Shown one piece after another: positions 1 to 50,186 of a stretch of 64,000 bases of DNA. Made by a program: the position numbers and the translations under genes. The notes below the pieces were generated by a model that was given only the letters and a program-made list of their open reading frames with translations, searched no databases and was not told where the DNA came from. Within the stretch, counting starts at the first letter, position 1, and the number at the start of each line of letters is the position of its first letter. This stretch comes from Blastocystis sp. Blastoise (Eukaryota; Protista; Bigyra: Opalinata), in assembly GCA_039096225.1 (NCBI GenBank), contig JBBPEB010000013.1:496001-560000 (forward strand). Direction: 5' to 3'.

Positions 1-5802
<5,802 letters not shown>

Positions 5803-6700
5803 TGATGAGATAAAAATAGAAAAACAATATCTAATTGTTTTGTCGAATAATCGCAGAAATCTTTAAAACTCCAAAAAATTTTTTTATTTTCTTTTCTGAA
5901 TAAAAACATTTATGTAAAAATACAGACAAAACTATTTCCTTTTGTTCAATAATGATCAATAATTATTTACTAAAGACAACTACATATGATTTTTATATAC
6001 TATTGATATATGGAAGATGTGATAGATTCAGACAGATTTGAAGAAAAATATCTAATATGAACAGGATATTATTTAACGATGATAGTATGTACAATGCTAT
6101 ACTATTTTATAAAATGAATTTTAAAATAAGAGTACAAAAAAAGTCAACAGAAGTCTAAAAAAAATGATTATAAAAAAGAAATTGGGATATAGAAACAAAG
6201 CCAATATATAGATAAATACTAATATTTGTTATAGAGTAATGTAAAGAAGTTTTAAAAAATAGGAGAAAAAAAAGAAATATAATATAGGATATATATTAAA
6301 GACGTAACAATATTTAAAAAAGTATGACTATATAAATAGATAGAGAAAAAAAGTGCATTTACATATATAGATAAAATATAAATGCATAACATACTTAATC
6401 ATATACTACTATGACAAATATAATACATTTAAGAAATATAATAATGACAGAAGAATAATTGTTAAATAATAAAAAATATACCAATAATAACATAATATGA
6501 TTTAAAATATAGATATATAAAGTTTAAAAATAAAAATATGTTCACAAGTATACTAAAATATAAATAAGAAAGGATAGTGTTTAAGAAAAAGGAATCTATC
6601 AAAGATTGAATATATATATAGATAGATTATGATAAAAGAGTAATAATTTGAAGTTAAAAAAACTATTACATACAAATACATCAAAAAGAAGAAACTAATT

Positions 6701-7223
6701 TTAAAGAGATGCCTGATACATTGGAGACTTTTTAAATTCATTAATATTGTCTTGTCGTTTTAATAATTCTTTCATAGATTCCAATAAATCATCTGAATGA
6801 ACATAAACATGGTTAAAACGACTTGATTCATTAATAATATCTTCAAACGGATAACCATCAGAAGAAACCATATATATGATAGGAATAACAATAGAACTAT
6901 TAAATGGTTTTGGAGGTATTTCGTTGTATTGCCATGTTACAAACACAAAATTATTTACAATAGAGAGTAATTCTTGATTCTTCGAGATATCTTCAGCTAA
7001 GCGTTTGCAACTATTTGTTTTCTGTTGATTAATAGCCACGATTGGCTTACCTGTTTCTTTAGCTATCTTCAGGCCTTCTTCATATGTATGAAAAGGGAAC
7101 ACAGAGCTGAAATAATTTATTGGAAAATTTGAATGAGCTGATGCTAAGGCAATTAACGTCTATTCAAATTATCTAAAGATATATCTAGATATATACAAAA
7201 CACAAAAGGAGACAAATTCTCAT
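6701..7223 (-). CDS. Secretory thioredoxin-like protein, ERp18/TXNDC12-AGR family
   Basis: Signal peptide MRICLLLCF|TLIALASA spans a short GT-AG intron. 'FHTYEEGLKIAKETGKPIVAI..SCKRL..NFVFV..IPIIYMVSSDG..IINE' parallels ERp18/AGR2. Stop at 6701-6703. Confidence 0.75.
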
Positions 7224-7570
7224 TTTCAAAACTGATAATTTAAAAAGAAAAGAATATATATATATAAATTTTTAGTAGGTAAGTTTATAGATGACTCATC
7301 ATTTTAGTGGATAATTAAGTAGAATTAACAAATGAAATGTTCTTGTGATGTGTCTTCTCTATTTTTTTGATTATTTTGTTTTTCTGACGCATAAATAAAA
7401 CATTGACTGTACTTCCGTTTTTTATAGTATATCTTGATAACCGTAGGAACTTGATAGAATAACGTAATAAAGGAAAGATTTCTAAGATTAGCCGACTTTG
7501 AGCCTATAGACTTGAAAATTATCAAGTTTTAAAAAAGTTATTAGTTCTTAATTTAAAATATGATAAATGT

Positions 7571-10500
7571 ATGTCTGAAATAACTCAAGGTATTTATTTT
7601 ACGTAACAAAGTTGATAATTACGTCTCTAGTTCATTTTAAATTTACAGACGGATCTCAAGAGACACTCTCTAAACAAGATCTCGAAGGAAATGAGAAATG
7701 TACTTGGAATACATTTTTTAAAGGGATAGAAAGTCCTAATAGTGATGAATACTATTATGTAAAAGATGATGAATATGTATACAAAGCTATTCTCACATAT
7801 TTGAAAACAAAGTTGTTAAACATTGACAACGTATCAGCCTATAAAATAATAGACATCTATGACAAGATGACTGAGATTAAGCTCAGTGTTCCTGATACAC
7901 TTATCTATGAAGTTGAAAAGATTCAAAAGAAAAAATTATTTAAAGCACTAAACCACGGGATGTGTAGGATCAGAACATTAAGGAGTTATGTAGAACATAA
8001 TGGAAGCGAAGAAGAAAGAAGAATGCATGAGCTTTTTTCTATTAATATCAAAAGTATATGTTTTTTTTTTGTTTCATCTTCTATTTTTTTAGCTCCTTTA
8101 TCGAATAGTTGTTTATATCAAATAAAAGAATATTTGGAATATCTTCCATTCTGTAAAATTGAGTCATTAACAATTCAAGGTATGTTATATCATTTTCTAT
8201 TTTGTCTTACTATTGTATATATTTATAGATAAAAAGTGGATTACAAAGAAATATATAGATTTTATTTTTGATTTTCGTATGTTTCAATATTTAGGTCTTC
8301 TACAACATATTTCTGTTCAAGGTATATTAGACATATATATATATTTGTTTATATATATATTAGATGATTCTGGAAAGTCAATAACACTATTTATTGAAGC
8401 CAAAGAACGTATATTATTATTTTAGTTGTTTATTATTTTATTATTATATTATAATATTTTATTGTATTATTTTTTTATAGAATCTCCAAGGTTTTTACAG
8501 CCAGACGATGTTAAAGATCTATCTATTTCAATAGAGTATATATATATTATGTTTTTATGATGATTGTTATATATATGTATATATATATAGATTACATAAT
8601 ATCATCGATAATGATATTATTTATTATTTAAAATCGTATCAATTTAAAAATCCTTGTTGTTCTTTAACATTCATTGGTATTTTAATATATATATAACTAT
8701 ATATATATAGATTGTTCTACACTGTGGATAACAACTTATTTATCTCAGTTTTATTCAGAACGAACTGAATCCTATCTAAAATCACTTTCAATTATATTTA
8801 GTATGTTTTTATTATGCAAATTTGTTCACATAATAAAAAAAAAGCATTATAATAATCATATATATATATATATAGATACTGATAATGATTCTATTTCTTC
8901 GTATAATTCATTAATGAAAATACTTAATACGCTATTTATTCCTTCATTAACCAAATTAAAACTTAAAGGGTATATATATAGAATATTATTATAGTTTTTT
9001 TAAAATAATATTATAATGATATTATATATCTAGATTACCCAAAGAATGGTATTCTAACGATTTTCCAGTTTTTTATTCTTTTAATTCATTTCCATCTTTG
9101 GAAACTATTGATCTTTCTGGTATAAATAATTATATATAGCTATATATAACTATATATAACTATTTATAACTATATATAACTATATATAACAATATTTAAC
9201 TATATATAACAATATATAACTTTATATAACTTTATATATAGATAATGATTATACGTCAACACTCTCTTTACTGATTTCAGAAGCTCTTTCAAAACGATCT
9301 TCTTCTTCTATAACTACACTTATATTTAAAAGTATATACTCTATATACACTAGTTATTAATAACTTATAAAACCAATCTTAAAAAAGAATATTCTGGTTA
9401 AATATTCAAAAATAATAGCATTATTATTATGAAATGTATATATATATAGATAATCATATATCATTGGTACCAGCTACAAACTCATCATATTCTTCTTCTA
9501 CTAGTCTATCTTCAAGGAACTTTTTTATGAATTTATCGAATATCTGCTTTTCCAACCTTATTTATCTTGACATTTCGTGTATTTATATTATATTGTATTA
9601 ACTATATATTTTTAAAATATTTTTACGAATATTATTTATATATATTTATATTGTATATATAGATAATTTATTATCTAAAGATGATTTTGAATCTCTCACT
9701 CTTTTCTTTTCAACAAATAATTGTCAACATTTCAAATATTTATATCTAAATAGTATATAGAATATATTATATATATAAAATGTATAATATATATAGAAAT
9801 AGGAATGAATGAAGACTACTCTTCTTTATTATATACTATTATTTCTACTACGTATACAACTCTTGAAACTCTATGTATTGAATGTATATATTATATTATT
9901 ATATATTATTATATATTCTGTTCTCTACTATGTAAATATATATTTATACTATATTACCTTATTCTATAGTAAATAATATAATATATAGGGAATCCAATAG
10001 GTTCGGAAGGTCTTCACTCCTTATGTCAAGCTATTTCTCATTTTCCTCCTCTTTATCTCTCTACACTTAACTTGAATGGTATATAAATATTGGAATACAT
10101 TATATATATTAAATTATTATACATTATATATATATATTAAATTATTATACATTATATATCTATTATTTATTCTATTATATAATATAGGTTGTTCTATTAA
10201 TGGTCCAAATATACATGATTTCTTAGTATTATTTGAAAAGCGATATCTTCAGTCACTAACTCACCTTTCACTTGGATGTATATATATATATATATATAGT
10301 TATTATATATAAAGAATTATTATATATAAAGAATTATTATATATTTATATATATAGATAATGGATTACAGAATTCATTTGTACTATCACTATTCTCTATT
10401 TTACTTTCAAAACCATTTCATAAATTGATATATCTTGACCTTTCATGTATATATATATATATAATTATAAATAAATTGAATAATTTATATATATTTATAG

Positions 10501-10601
10501 ATAATGAATTAAATGATACATTTGTAAATGAATTTATTACAATTTGTAAAAATATACAAATTCAATCTTTGCAATACTTTTATTGTAATGGTATAATATA
10601 T

Positions 10602-10676
<75 letters not shown>

Positions 10677-10679
10677 TAA

Positions 10680-10718
<39 letters not shown>

Positions 10719-10827
10719 CATAATTTATCAATATATAGGAAATCCAATTTCAACAAGTCAATACTCTATTCTTCGTCAAATGATTTTGAATAAAATATTA
10801 CCTAATATAAAGGAAGCTCTTTTTTAA
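7571..10827 (+). CDS. BTB/POZ-like N-terminal domain plus RI-type leucine-rich repeat protein (about 16 exons)
   Basis: MSEITQ|VHFKFTDGSQETLSKQDL..YYVKDDEYVYKAILTYLKT resembles a KCTD-type BTB. Later exons encode LRRs (LETIDLS|DN, LIYLDIS|YN, LSTLNLN|GC, LIYLDLS|YN). Joined by GT-AG introns; TAA at 10825-10827. Confidence 0.7.
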
Positions 10828-11065
10828 TATATATATATATATATATATTTATACTTTTTTTTGTCATTTTCTAAAAAGTTAACTTTCATGATATTATTAT
10901 TATATTTTTATTAGCCTTATCTGGTTTTGTTTATTATATATAATTTCAATTAAATATATGGTTTATTATATGAATAATTTCAATAAAAAATGATAACAAA
11001 ACATTAAGAAAAAAAATTATATATATATATTATAGAATATATAAACATATATATTAATATATAAT

Positions 11066-12282
11066 TTATTGAATAAGATTTAGAAGAGCTTGTTCTAAGA
11101 CATGCATAAATTCATCAACAGAAACAATCAATAATTTTTCATCAGGACTATATATAGATTATTATTTAATTAGTAAATAAAAAATTATAATAAATATAAT
11201 AATGAATATAATAAATAATAAATATAACAATAATAATAAAAAAAATAATAAAAAAAAAATAAATACCTATGAGGAGAGAGAACTTCGGGTCCAACACTAG
11301 TACAATCCATTTGAGGATATTTCTCTTGAATAAGACCACATTCTAAGCCAGCGTGACAAGCATATATAATAGGATCTGTTTTTTGAGTTGAAATATAAGC
11401 TTGACGAAGACATTGAGTCACAAAACCAGTAGGATTTGGCTCCCAACCAGGATATCTAGAATTATAGATATTATTCACATAATAATATTATTAATAGAAA
11501 AGATTAGATAAAAAGATATATATATATATAAATAACAAGAAATATAACACAATATAAAACACTAATAATAAATAAAACTAAAAACTAAAAAAAAAAAAAA
11601 ATCATTTCATATATATACTCTCCATTCTTAGCTGATAATTGTATTCCACAGACTTCACAAATAGACATAACTTTAGTATACATACTATCAATTTGACTCT
11701 TTGAACTAGAACGTACACTAGCCGTAAATTGAATAGTATTATCTGAAATAACTTTCCCAATAGCACAAGTAATAGATGTTTCTACAAGACCTTGAACATC
11801 AGGAGACATACGAGTAGGTCCAAAAGGGAAGAAATTCAAGAAATTAACAAATGTTTTAGTACAAGTAGATGTTGTAGGAAGAAGAGAAGTAGTACTATCT
11901 TCAATAGAAAATGTAGCAGTAGTTTCAATAAGTTTATATTCATGAGAAAATTTAGAGAATTCAAGATTCATTTCTTCAGTAAATGTAGTTAATTGATTTT
12001 CAGGAATAGATATTTCAACAATACATTTTCTAGGAATAGCATTATGAGCAGAACCACAATTAATAGAGAGAATACGATAATCAATAGATTGATTCACTGA
12101 TTTTAACATTCTTGCCATAATATGCATACAATTCGCTCTACCTAAATGAATATCACAACCACTATGACCACCAATAAAGTTATTTAATACTAAAGTCTTC
12201 TTTATATAACCATCAAGAGACTCTCTTGGAGTATCTAAATTCATAGTTATCGTAAAACCACCAGCACAACCAATACATATCA

Positions 12283-12332
<50 letters not shown>

Positions 12333-13204
12333 TTATTTATTATATATATTTTTATTTTCTAATCTTTTAAAATATATATAAAATATATATGTAAAAAAAA
12401 AATACATATATAAAAAGATTAAAATATATATAAAAAACATATATAAAAATAATAAAGAAAATATAATAAATAATAAAAACAAGCTTACCTATCTTCATTA
12501 TCAACATTAATTAAATATTTAGCTTTTAAGATTCCTTGTTCAAGATCAGTAGCACCAAATAATCCTGTTTCTTCATCTCTAGTAACTAATACTTCAAGAG
12601 GACCATGTTGTATCTCTTTATTAGCAAGAATAGCAAAACAAGAACCAATACCAATACCATTATCAGCACCTAAAGAAGTTCCTTTAGCACGAATATATTT
12701 ACCATCACTATAAGGTGTAAGAGGATCTGTATCAAAATTAATATTTGTAGAATCATCTTTTTCACAAACCATATCCATATGACATTGTAAACATACTGTT
12801 GGCTTGGATTCAAGACCTAAAATAATAGTATAATAGAATATAATATCTTAAGATTGCTGATTTAACATTAAAAAAAAGGATTCAATAATTATATATAAAT
12901 CAATAAAATATTTACCAGCTGTAGCTTGTTTTCTAATGATAATATTCTCACCCTTATCAATAGAAACATCACAACCAAGTTCCTTAGCGCATTCAACTAA
13001 GTATTTGGTGATTTTATGATGTCTAAAGCATTCTCCATCTTGATTGGACCCACGAGGAATCTGAGTGACACTAAAAAAGTATTTCCAACAATTCTTGTCT
13101 CCAGGAAGTTCTTCAACAAGTTTCTTTAAATATCTAAATAGCAAAAAATATTTAAGAAAACTCAATAATTATATAAACATATACTCAGGTAAAATAAATG
13201 GCAT
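11066..13204 (-). CDS. pepD: Aminoacyl-histidine dipeptidase (peptidase D, M20C family), 6 exons
   Basis: Motifs LQCHMDMVCEK, GTSLGADNGIG, HGPLEVLVTRDEETGLFGA, GGHSGCDIHLGRAN, NAIPR, YPGWEPN, HAGLECG and PHSPDE. All introns are GT-AG and in frame. Confidence 0.93.
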
Positions 13205-13782
13205 TTTATTAACGATATTTCAACACAATTAACAAATTACAAAACAAAAAACAATTTGTTTATTAAATAATAAAAAAAAAGAACATCGACGAATCTATTG
13301 TTTCTCTCTTTTTCTCTGAAACACATATAAAATTACGCTGACGATGCCCTCTCCTTAGGAAAAAGACATTTCACACTATAAAGTAGATATTTACCGTGGT
13401 TTTATGTGTAGTTGAAAAACAATGTAGTTTTGCATATTTGAGGATGTTTAGAATGATGTATTTAGTGACTATGTATATAAAACAGATCAAATAGTCAGAA
13501 AATATAAGAAAAATTTAAGAAATGAAAGAATGTGTTGTTAATGAAGCTAGCTCTGTTTCTGTGGATACGTAATTATTGCTGACAATCGTTCGTTGAATGA
13601 GAAATAAGAATGGATAAGATATGAATTTTACACATTACAAAAATGACAAAAAAACAAAAAAGAAATGATGAAGAAAACACACAAAAAAAATATAGACAAC
13701 ATAAAATGGGAAAATAAGCACTAAATAAAAAAAGTAAATAAAAAAAAAAACAAAATAAATATTTTAAAAAGGAACATATTCT

Positions 13783-17455
<3,673 letters not shown>

Positions 17456-17716
17456 TTATTAATACAAGAAATCTATTTCAACTCTATTAAATAAAATAAT
17501 TAAGGACAACTGAAAAAAAATGAAATAACCATAATTATTTGGTTATAAGAAAATGGAATTGAAAAGTTTCATGATTATAATAACATAATCACCTCATTAA
17601 AGAATTATAACCGTGATAATTATTATTTCAGACTTTTTCTTGTATGTAATACATTTGTTTGGTATCCTTCTTAACATAATACTATTTGCCTAGTTAATTG
17701 TTGACTATTTCTAATT

Positions 17717-19275
17717 ATGGATTCTGATGAAGTACCTGCTGCTGAGAAGGAACATCCTTTCTTTCATTATTATGGTCAATTATTCCATCAACAGAATATG
17801 CTTCAAGATTCTACTAGAACTGGAACATATTACACAGCAATTACAAGCAATAAAAGGAATTTTGAGGGCAAAGTAGTCTTAGATGTTGGAACAGGAACTG
17901 GTATTCTTGCTATGTTTGCTGTTCAAGCAGGTGCTAAGAAGGTCTACGCTGTTGAAGCTTCTGGAATGGCACGTTATGCTAAACGAATCATTGAGAATAA
18001 TAACATGTCTGATAAAATTACTGTTATTTTAGGTAAAGTTGAAGAAATTGAACTTCCTGAGAAAGTAGATATTATTATTTCTGAACCTATGGGATTTATG
18101 CTTGTTCACGAGCGTATGCTTGAATCTTATATAATTGCTAGACAAAGATTTATGAAACCTGAAGGTTTAATGATGCCTTCTATTGGTCGTTTATATGTAT
18201 CTTGTTTTAGTGATGAACAATTATATTATGATCAAATTACTAAACCATTATTTTGGAATCAAGATAATTTTTATGGTCTTAAATTAAATAATATGATAGC
18301 AGATGCTCAAAGAGAATTATTTTGTCAACCTATTGTTGGGTATATACCTACTTCTTCTTTACTTACAGATGATCTATGTAAACATGAAATTAATTTTGGT
18401 AAAGATACTTGCGAAGATCTTTATCATATTGAATTACCTTTTAAATTTAATATTAATAAAACTGCCATATAAATGTGCTTTTTTATAGTATTTTTTTTTT
18501 ATGTTTTTTAGTGTTATTTTATTTTTTATATGTTTTATTGCTGTTATATTAATATAATTAAAATTATATATATTTTATTGTTTTTTATATTAATATTATT
18601 TATATATTTATTTAATTAAAATTATATATATTTATTTAATTAAAATTATATATGAATATAATCAATATTGAATAGACTCTAATAATAAATAAATTTCTAT
18701 ATATATATATACTATATATATATTATATTATAGCCTTATTACATGGAATAGCTTCTTGGTTTGACGTAGTATTTAATGGTAGTGAACATTTAGTTGTTCT
18801 TTCTACTGCTCCTCAACAAACAGGAACTCATTGGTATCAAGGAAGATTATTATTTGAACAACCATTGGCTGTGAATGCAGGACAAGTTGTATCAGGTATA
18901 ATGACTATGGATGTTAATGATAATAAGAGTTATGATATTCATGTCAAAGGTATTTCTTATTTATTTATTTATTTTTTAATTTATTTTATTTTTTTATTTT
19001 TTATTTTTAAAATTTATTCTAAATATATATTACTATTAACTATCTTAAATATATATTTTCTTAATATATACCAAAAATTATAATATATATATATAGCTTG
19101 GATTGAAAAATGTATACCAAAAATTGAGACAAGTGGTTTTTATCATTTACATGATCAATTATGTTATGTATATATATTTATATATTTATTTTCATTATTA
19201 TCTATACTATTACATATTTATTTATACTTCTAGACTTCTCCATCCTATGATAATCAAGATAATTCAAACTTTTAA
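17717..19275 (+). CDS. CARM1: Protein arginine methyltransferase CARM1/PRMT4-like, 4 exons
   Basis: YYGQLFHQQNMLQD, VLDVGTGTGIL, double-E loop ISEPMGFMLVHERMLESY, THW loop (GTHWYQ) in exon 2 from 18734. The first intron has a non-canonical donor (see findings). Confidence 0.9.
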
Positions 19276-19906
19276 TGATTAAAACCAGTTGTCCTAAACA
19301 ACATAATTTTATGTTTTCTCTTTTTGATTATTCTTTCTATTTACTCTATATCTAAATCATATTTATATAAAAACACATTTTATTCACTCTATTCTTTTTT
19401 AAATATTATATTTAAAAAAGAATTAATTGTTGGTTATTACCCTATTTATTCTTTTATTCAATTATTCGCAAATTATCATAAAAACATCGAATTCTCATTA
19501 TGTATATGTATCAACTTCTATATTTTTTTGTATTATTTCATGTTCTATGCATTGACATATAAAATTCATAAATTTGAACGAACTATCATTTCAATTATCA
19601 TTTTTATTTCTATTTTTTATTCATAACTTTACAGTATTCAGCTATTTAATATGTTTTTAAGGATATTCAATACAATTCAAATTCAAATAAGAACAAACAA
19701 ATGAAAAAACACATTCAAAAAAGGAATAAAAAAAATAGAGGTGATATGACTGGATAACCGCGGAAGTTCCGCTTGACTTCTGGAAATGATTTTTGTTCAG
19801 AAATCTTTTTTAATTTATAATATTTTCTTGATATTATTGTATATTGAAAGTATATATTGAATTTGATATAATATTCTATTTAGTTGATTGATTGATTATT
19901 ATATAG

Positions 19907-24989
<5,083 letters not shown>

Positions 24990-26151
24990 GAATTCTCTAT
25001 AATACACATCATTTAAACTATTCAGATTTCTTTTAATTAATTTATATTAATTATTATATGTTTTTTATTTGCTAATTCTTTTTTTATTTTGGTTATACAA
25101 TGAAAATTGTTTATTTATTCTCTCCATTTTTTATTAAAACACCACAATCTTACACCTAAACTGTTTTAAATGCTTCTTTTTTGGCAAAAAAAAGCCTTGA
25201 CAAAACCAAAACTTAGTTGAATAAAGGAAGAAGATGACTTGTGAAAAAATCACTATTTTGATTGGATAATTATTTAAAAGTCAAATGTTTTGACATTTCT
25301 TTTTTGTTTCTTTATTTGGTTCATGATGAATAATTGATATTTTATTTTATTTTTTTTTTTTATGTCTCATTTACTCGACATATTATCATATAAAATAGTC
25401 TTTTTGAAAACTTTTTACAAATGTTTATATGAATGGTCTATCTCTCTCAAACAACTACGACTAGTCATTATCAGATTGTAATCATATTGGAAAATGATTT
25501 CAACAAGTAATTGTAGCATATCTTCATGATAAAATGCATCTAATTATTAAAATGAGTATTTTCTTTTTTGGATTTCAATATTTCTATTATATCATTTTTT
25601 TCTCTATAGAACTTTATTTCAATTATCCATAACTTTATAGATCCTTCCTCACTCGATACAATGCCGATGTCTTTCAAAAACAATTCAAATAAAAATCATT
25701 ACTGATTATTTGCCGAATTTTGGTTTATTTGTTATTATCCATTTTTCAAATGCTCGCTTATACGTTTTAAATAACAAATAAAGATAAAGAGCCATCTATA
25801 TAAGACAAAATGAAAAAGGAGGGAGAAGAAAAGATAAGAAATAATCATAATTATTACAAGAAATAGAAAGAAATTCATTTGATTGGCTAAGATCCTCGTG
25901 TTGAGTATGATAAATGAATCAATAATTTGTTAGAACGGTTTTTATAAAGTAAAGAGCCTTTTTTCTCATTATGTTTAGCTTTAACAAGACCTTTTTCATT
26001 TTTTTGAACACAAGGTGTTTACTTTTAAGACTTTTATTATACAATTTTTAATAATAATCAGTTTTAAAGATCTTCTATTCATAGAAAAGATACTTCCTTC
26101 TATCCTTTCAATTGGAAGCTTCTATATATTTATAAACAACAAGAAATATAA

Positions 26152-47630
<21,479 letters not shown>

Positions 47631-48659
47631 GTATTTCTGTGTATACAATTATTATTAAACAATATCATATTAGAAATATGGATATTAATATTATTTTCAA
47701 TATATAGATTTAATGAATAATCTGAGCTTATTTATTTCAATGAAAATAACGCTAATCATATTTATTCTAAATATTATATATATTTGCATTATTATATTGA
47801 TATAACAAAACTAATTCATAAAGTATATTCTATAATTCTTCCAATTTCTATCCCTTATACTTTTAAACAATTGTACCTGTATTATATAATATGCATAATT
47901 ATTAACAATATCAATAAGCTGATTTAGTTTATTTTTATATAGAAAAATCAATAAAAAAATCTTTCTAGAATAACTTATCAATAAATATATGAGCTTATTT
48001 ATATAGTTTGTTTTATATATCTGTTCTCTACTCGTCTGAATATAGCATTTATATATATATTTTTTTTAATTTTTGATTCTTTTAATTCCTTTAAACTTTT
48101 TAATCTTTAAAGTTTTTGTTTTTGTTTATACATATGCAACTAAAGATATATATATTTATTATTTCTTTTGGTCCAATATTAGATCTTGTATTATATTTTT
48201 TATCATATAGTCAATTATATTATGTATATATATTAATTTTTTTTATTTTGGATCAATAGTTATTCCATCATTGTTTGTATTTACTAGTTATTTACAGTTT
48301 TTATTATTTTATTAATGATATCAATAAATATAATGATGGCTGATTGCAATTTAAAAGTGTTTTAGCTGTTTTAAATGTTTTTATCTTTTTTTATTTGTTT
48401 GTTTATTCTGTGTTTTGTACTGCTTTAAAAAAATTATAAAAAATAAATGATGTTCCGAAATAATCTTATATAAAACATAACAAAGACAAATAGATTAAAC
48501 TAAATCAAATGTGAATAATAAATAATTATTTTCGATATATTCATAAAGAAAAAACGAAAATAAAATTCATATATTCTTTCAAAATAACTTTATATAATCA
48601 AGAAATAAAATAAAGCAATAATAATATTCATCTCTATCTAAAAATTTGATTTATTCACC

Positions 48660-49006
48660 TCAATTATTTCTTTCTACAATAGGCAAAAAAGTCAGATAAG
48701 CAATAAGAAAAGCAATAAACGTATATAAATAAAACAAATATTTGCTTCTTCGTACAGAACCATGTGGAGTCAAATGTTTATTACTATTTATGTATATAGG
48801 ATTATATGTTTATTATATAGGATTATTTGTTATATATATATAAGATTATTTGTTATATATATATATAAGATTATTTGTTTATGTATATAGGATTATTTGT
48901 TATATATATATAGAGGATTATTTGTTTATGTATATATATGTACCTAATTATTATAAAAGAATCTAAAACAATGTATTCATCGTCAGTAACAATGGAATAA
49001 GTAGAC

Positions 49007-49037
<31 letters not shown>

Positions 49038-49146
49038 TATATATTCTACTATATATATATATATATATATATATACACCATTTGATGTAACGTTCATGAT
49101 AGTCGCTTTTGGCGCATAAAAACATACAACAAGTTTCCTATCTGAA

Positions 49147-49188
<42 letters not shown>

Positions 49189-50140
49189 CATATTATATAA
49201 TAATATTGATATTATATACTTCTTTATTACAAAAATAATAGGCTACCTATATATATATATTGTTATATAATATATATACATATATACATTAAAATTCGTT
49301 GAAGCATAAATACCTGTTCCATACATTGCCCCTATATTCATATATAATAATAATTATTATTATTATCATTATTATTAATAGTATTGTAAAAGGATATTCT
49401 ATCTAATGAATACTATATATATATATATATATATATATACCATTAGCTTGTTTTAGTGTCGATCTGGTAATAACTAATCCATGACGATATATAGAAAACA
49501 AATTTTTTATAGATGTACCATGATATAATACTATATATAAAATACAATATAAATTATCTATACATAAAGAATCTCATAATAATATGTATTTAAAAAAATA
49601 ATAAATAATTCTTTATATATATATATATATACGCGTATAATTCTGTTTCAATGAATCCGAAAGATTATTATATTTAAATTTAATTACACTAGTAACTAGT
49701 CCATCTATTTATATATATACATATTATTATTATTATTAGTATTCATTATTATGTATATATATACTAAGAACTGATATATTAGGTACCTAAAGAAATATAA
49801 TAATAGAAACATAATAATAGAAACATAATAATAGAAACATAATAATAAAAATCTAAAAATAAATATAATAATATAAACATAATAATATAAACATAATAAA
49901 AAAACCTAAAAAAAATTAAAAAAAAATAATAGAAAAATATAATATAATATATATATACTTGATTTTTAAAAGATTCTTTTATAATATATGGTTGAATATA
50001 ATAATAAAAATATGCTCTTATGTTTTGATCTATTATCGGATATATATATCTTTCCTCTATATACATAATATATAATATTTATATATATAATAATATATAT
50101 ACCTTCAGAACTTAGTTTAAGATACGATTCCTTTAGAAGG

Positions 50141-50186
<46 letters not shown>

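Noticed and set aside
13535-13600. Possible C/D-box snoRNA (ATGAAG...CTGA)
   Set aside because: Imperfect C box, too short, and no convincing terminal stem or guide.
17662-17693. GTATCCTTCTTAAC...TAG as a U12 GT-AG intron in the CARM1 leader
   Set aside because: The 5' site and branch motif overlap within 32 nt, an upstream GTATGT donor explains the region, and there is no reading frame to test it.
49385-49400. ATATCCTTTT on the minus strand inside a PARP intron (similar motifs at ~1617 and ~16760)
   Set aside because: It lies within an intron already explained as GT-AG, or antisense to an exon, with no matching branch point and AC end.
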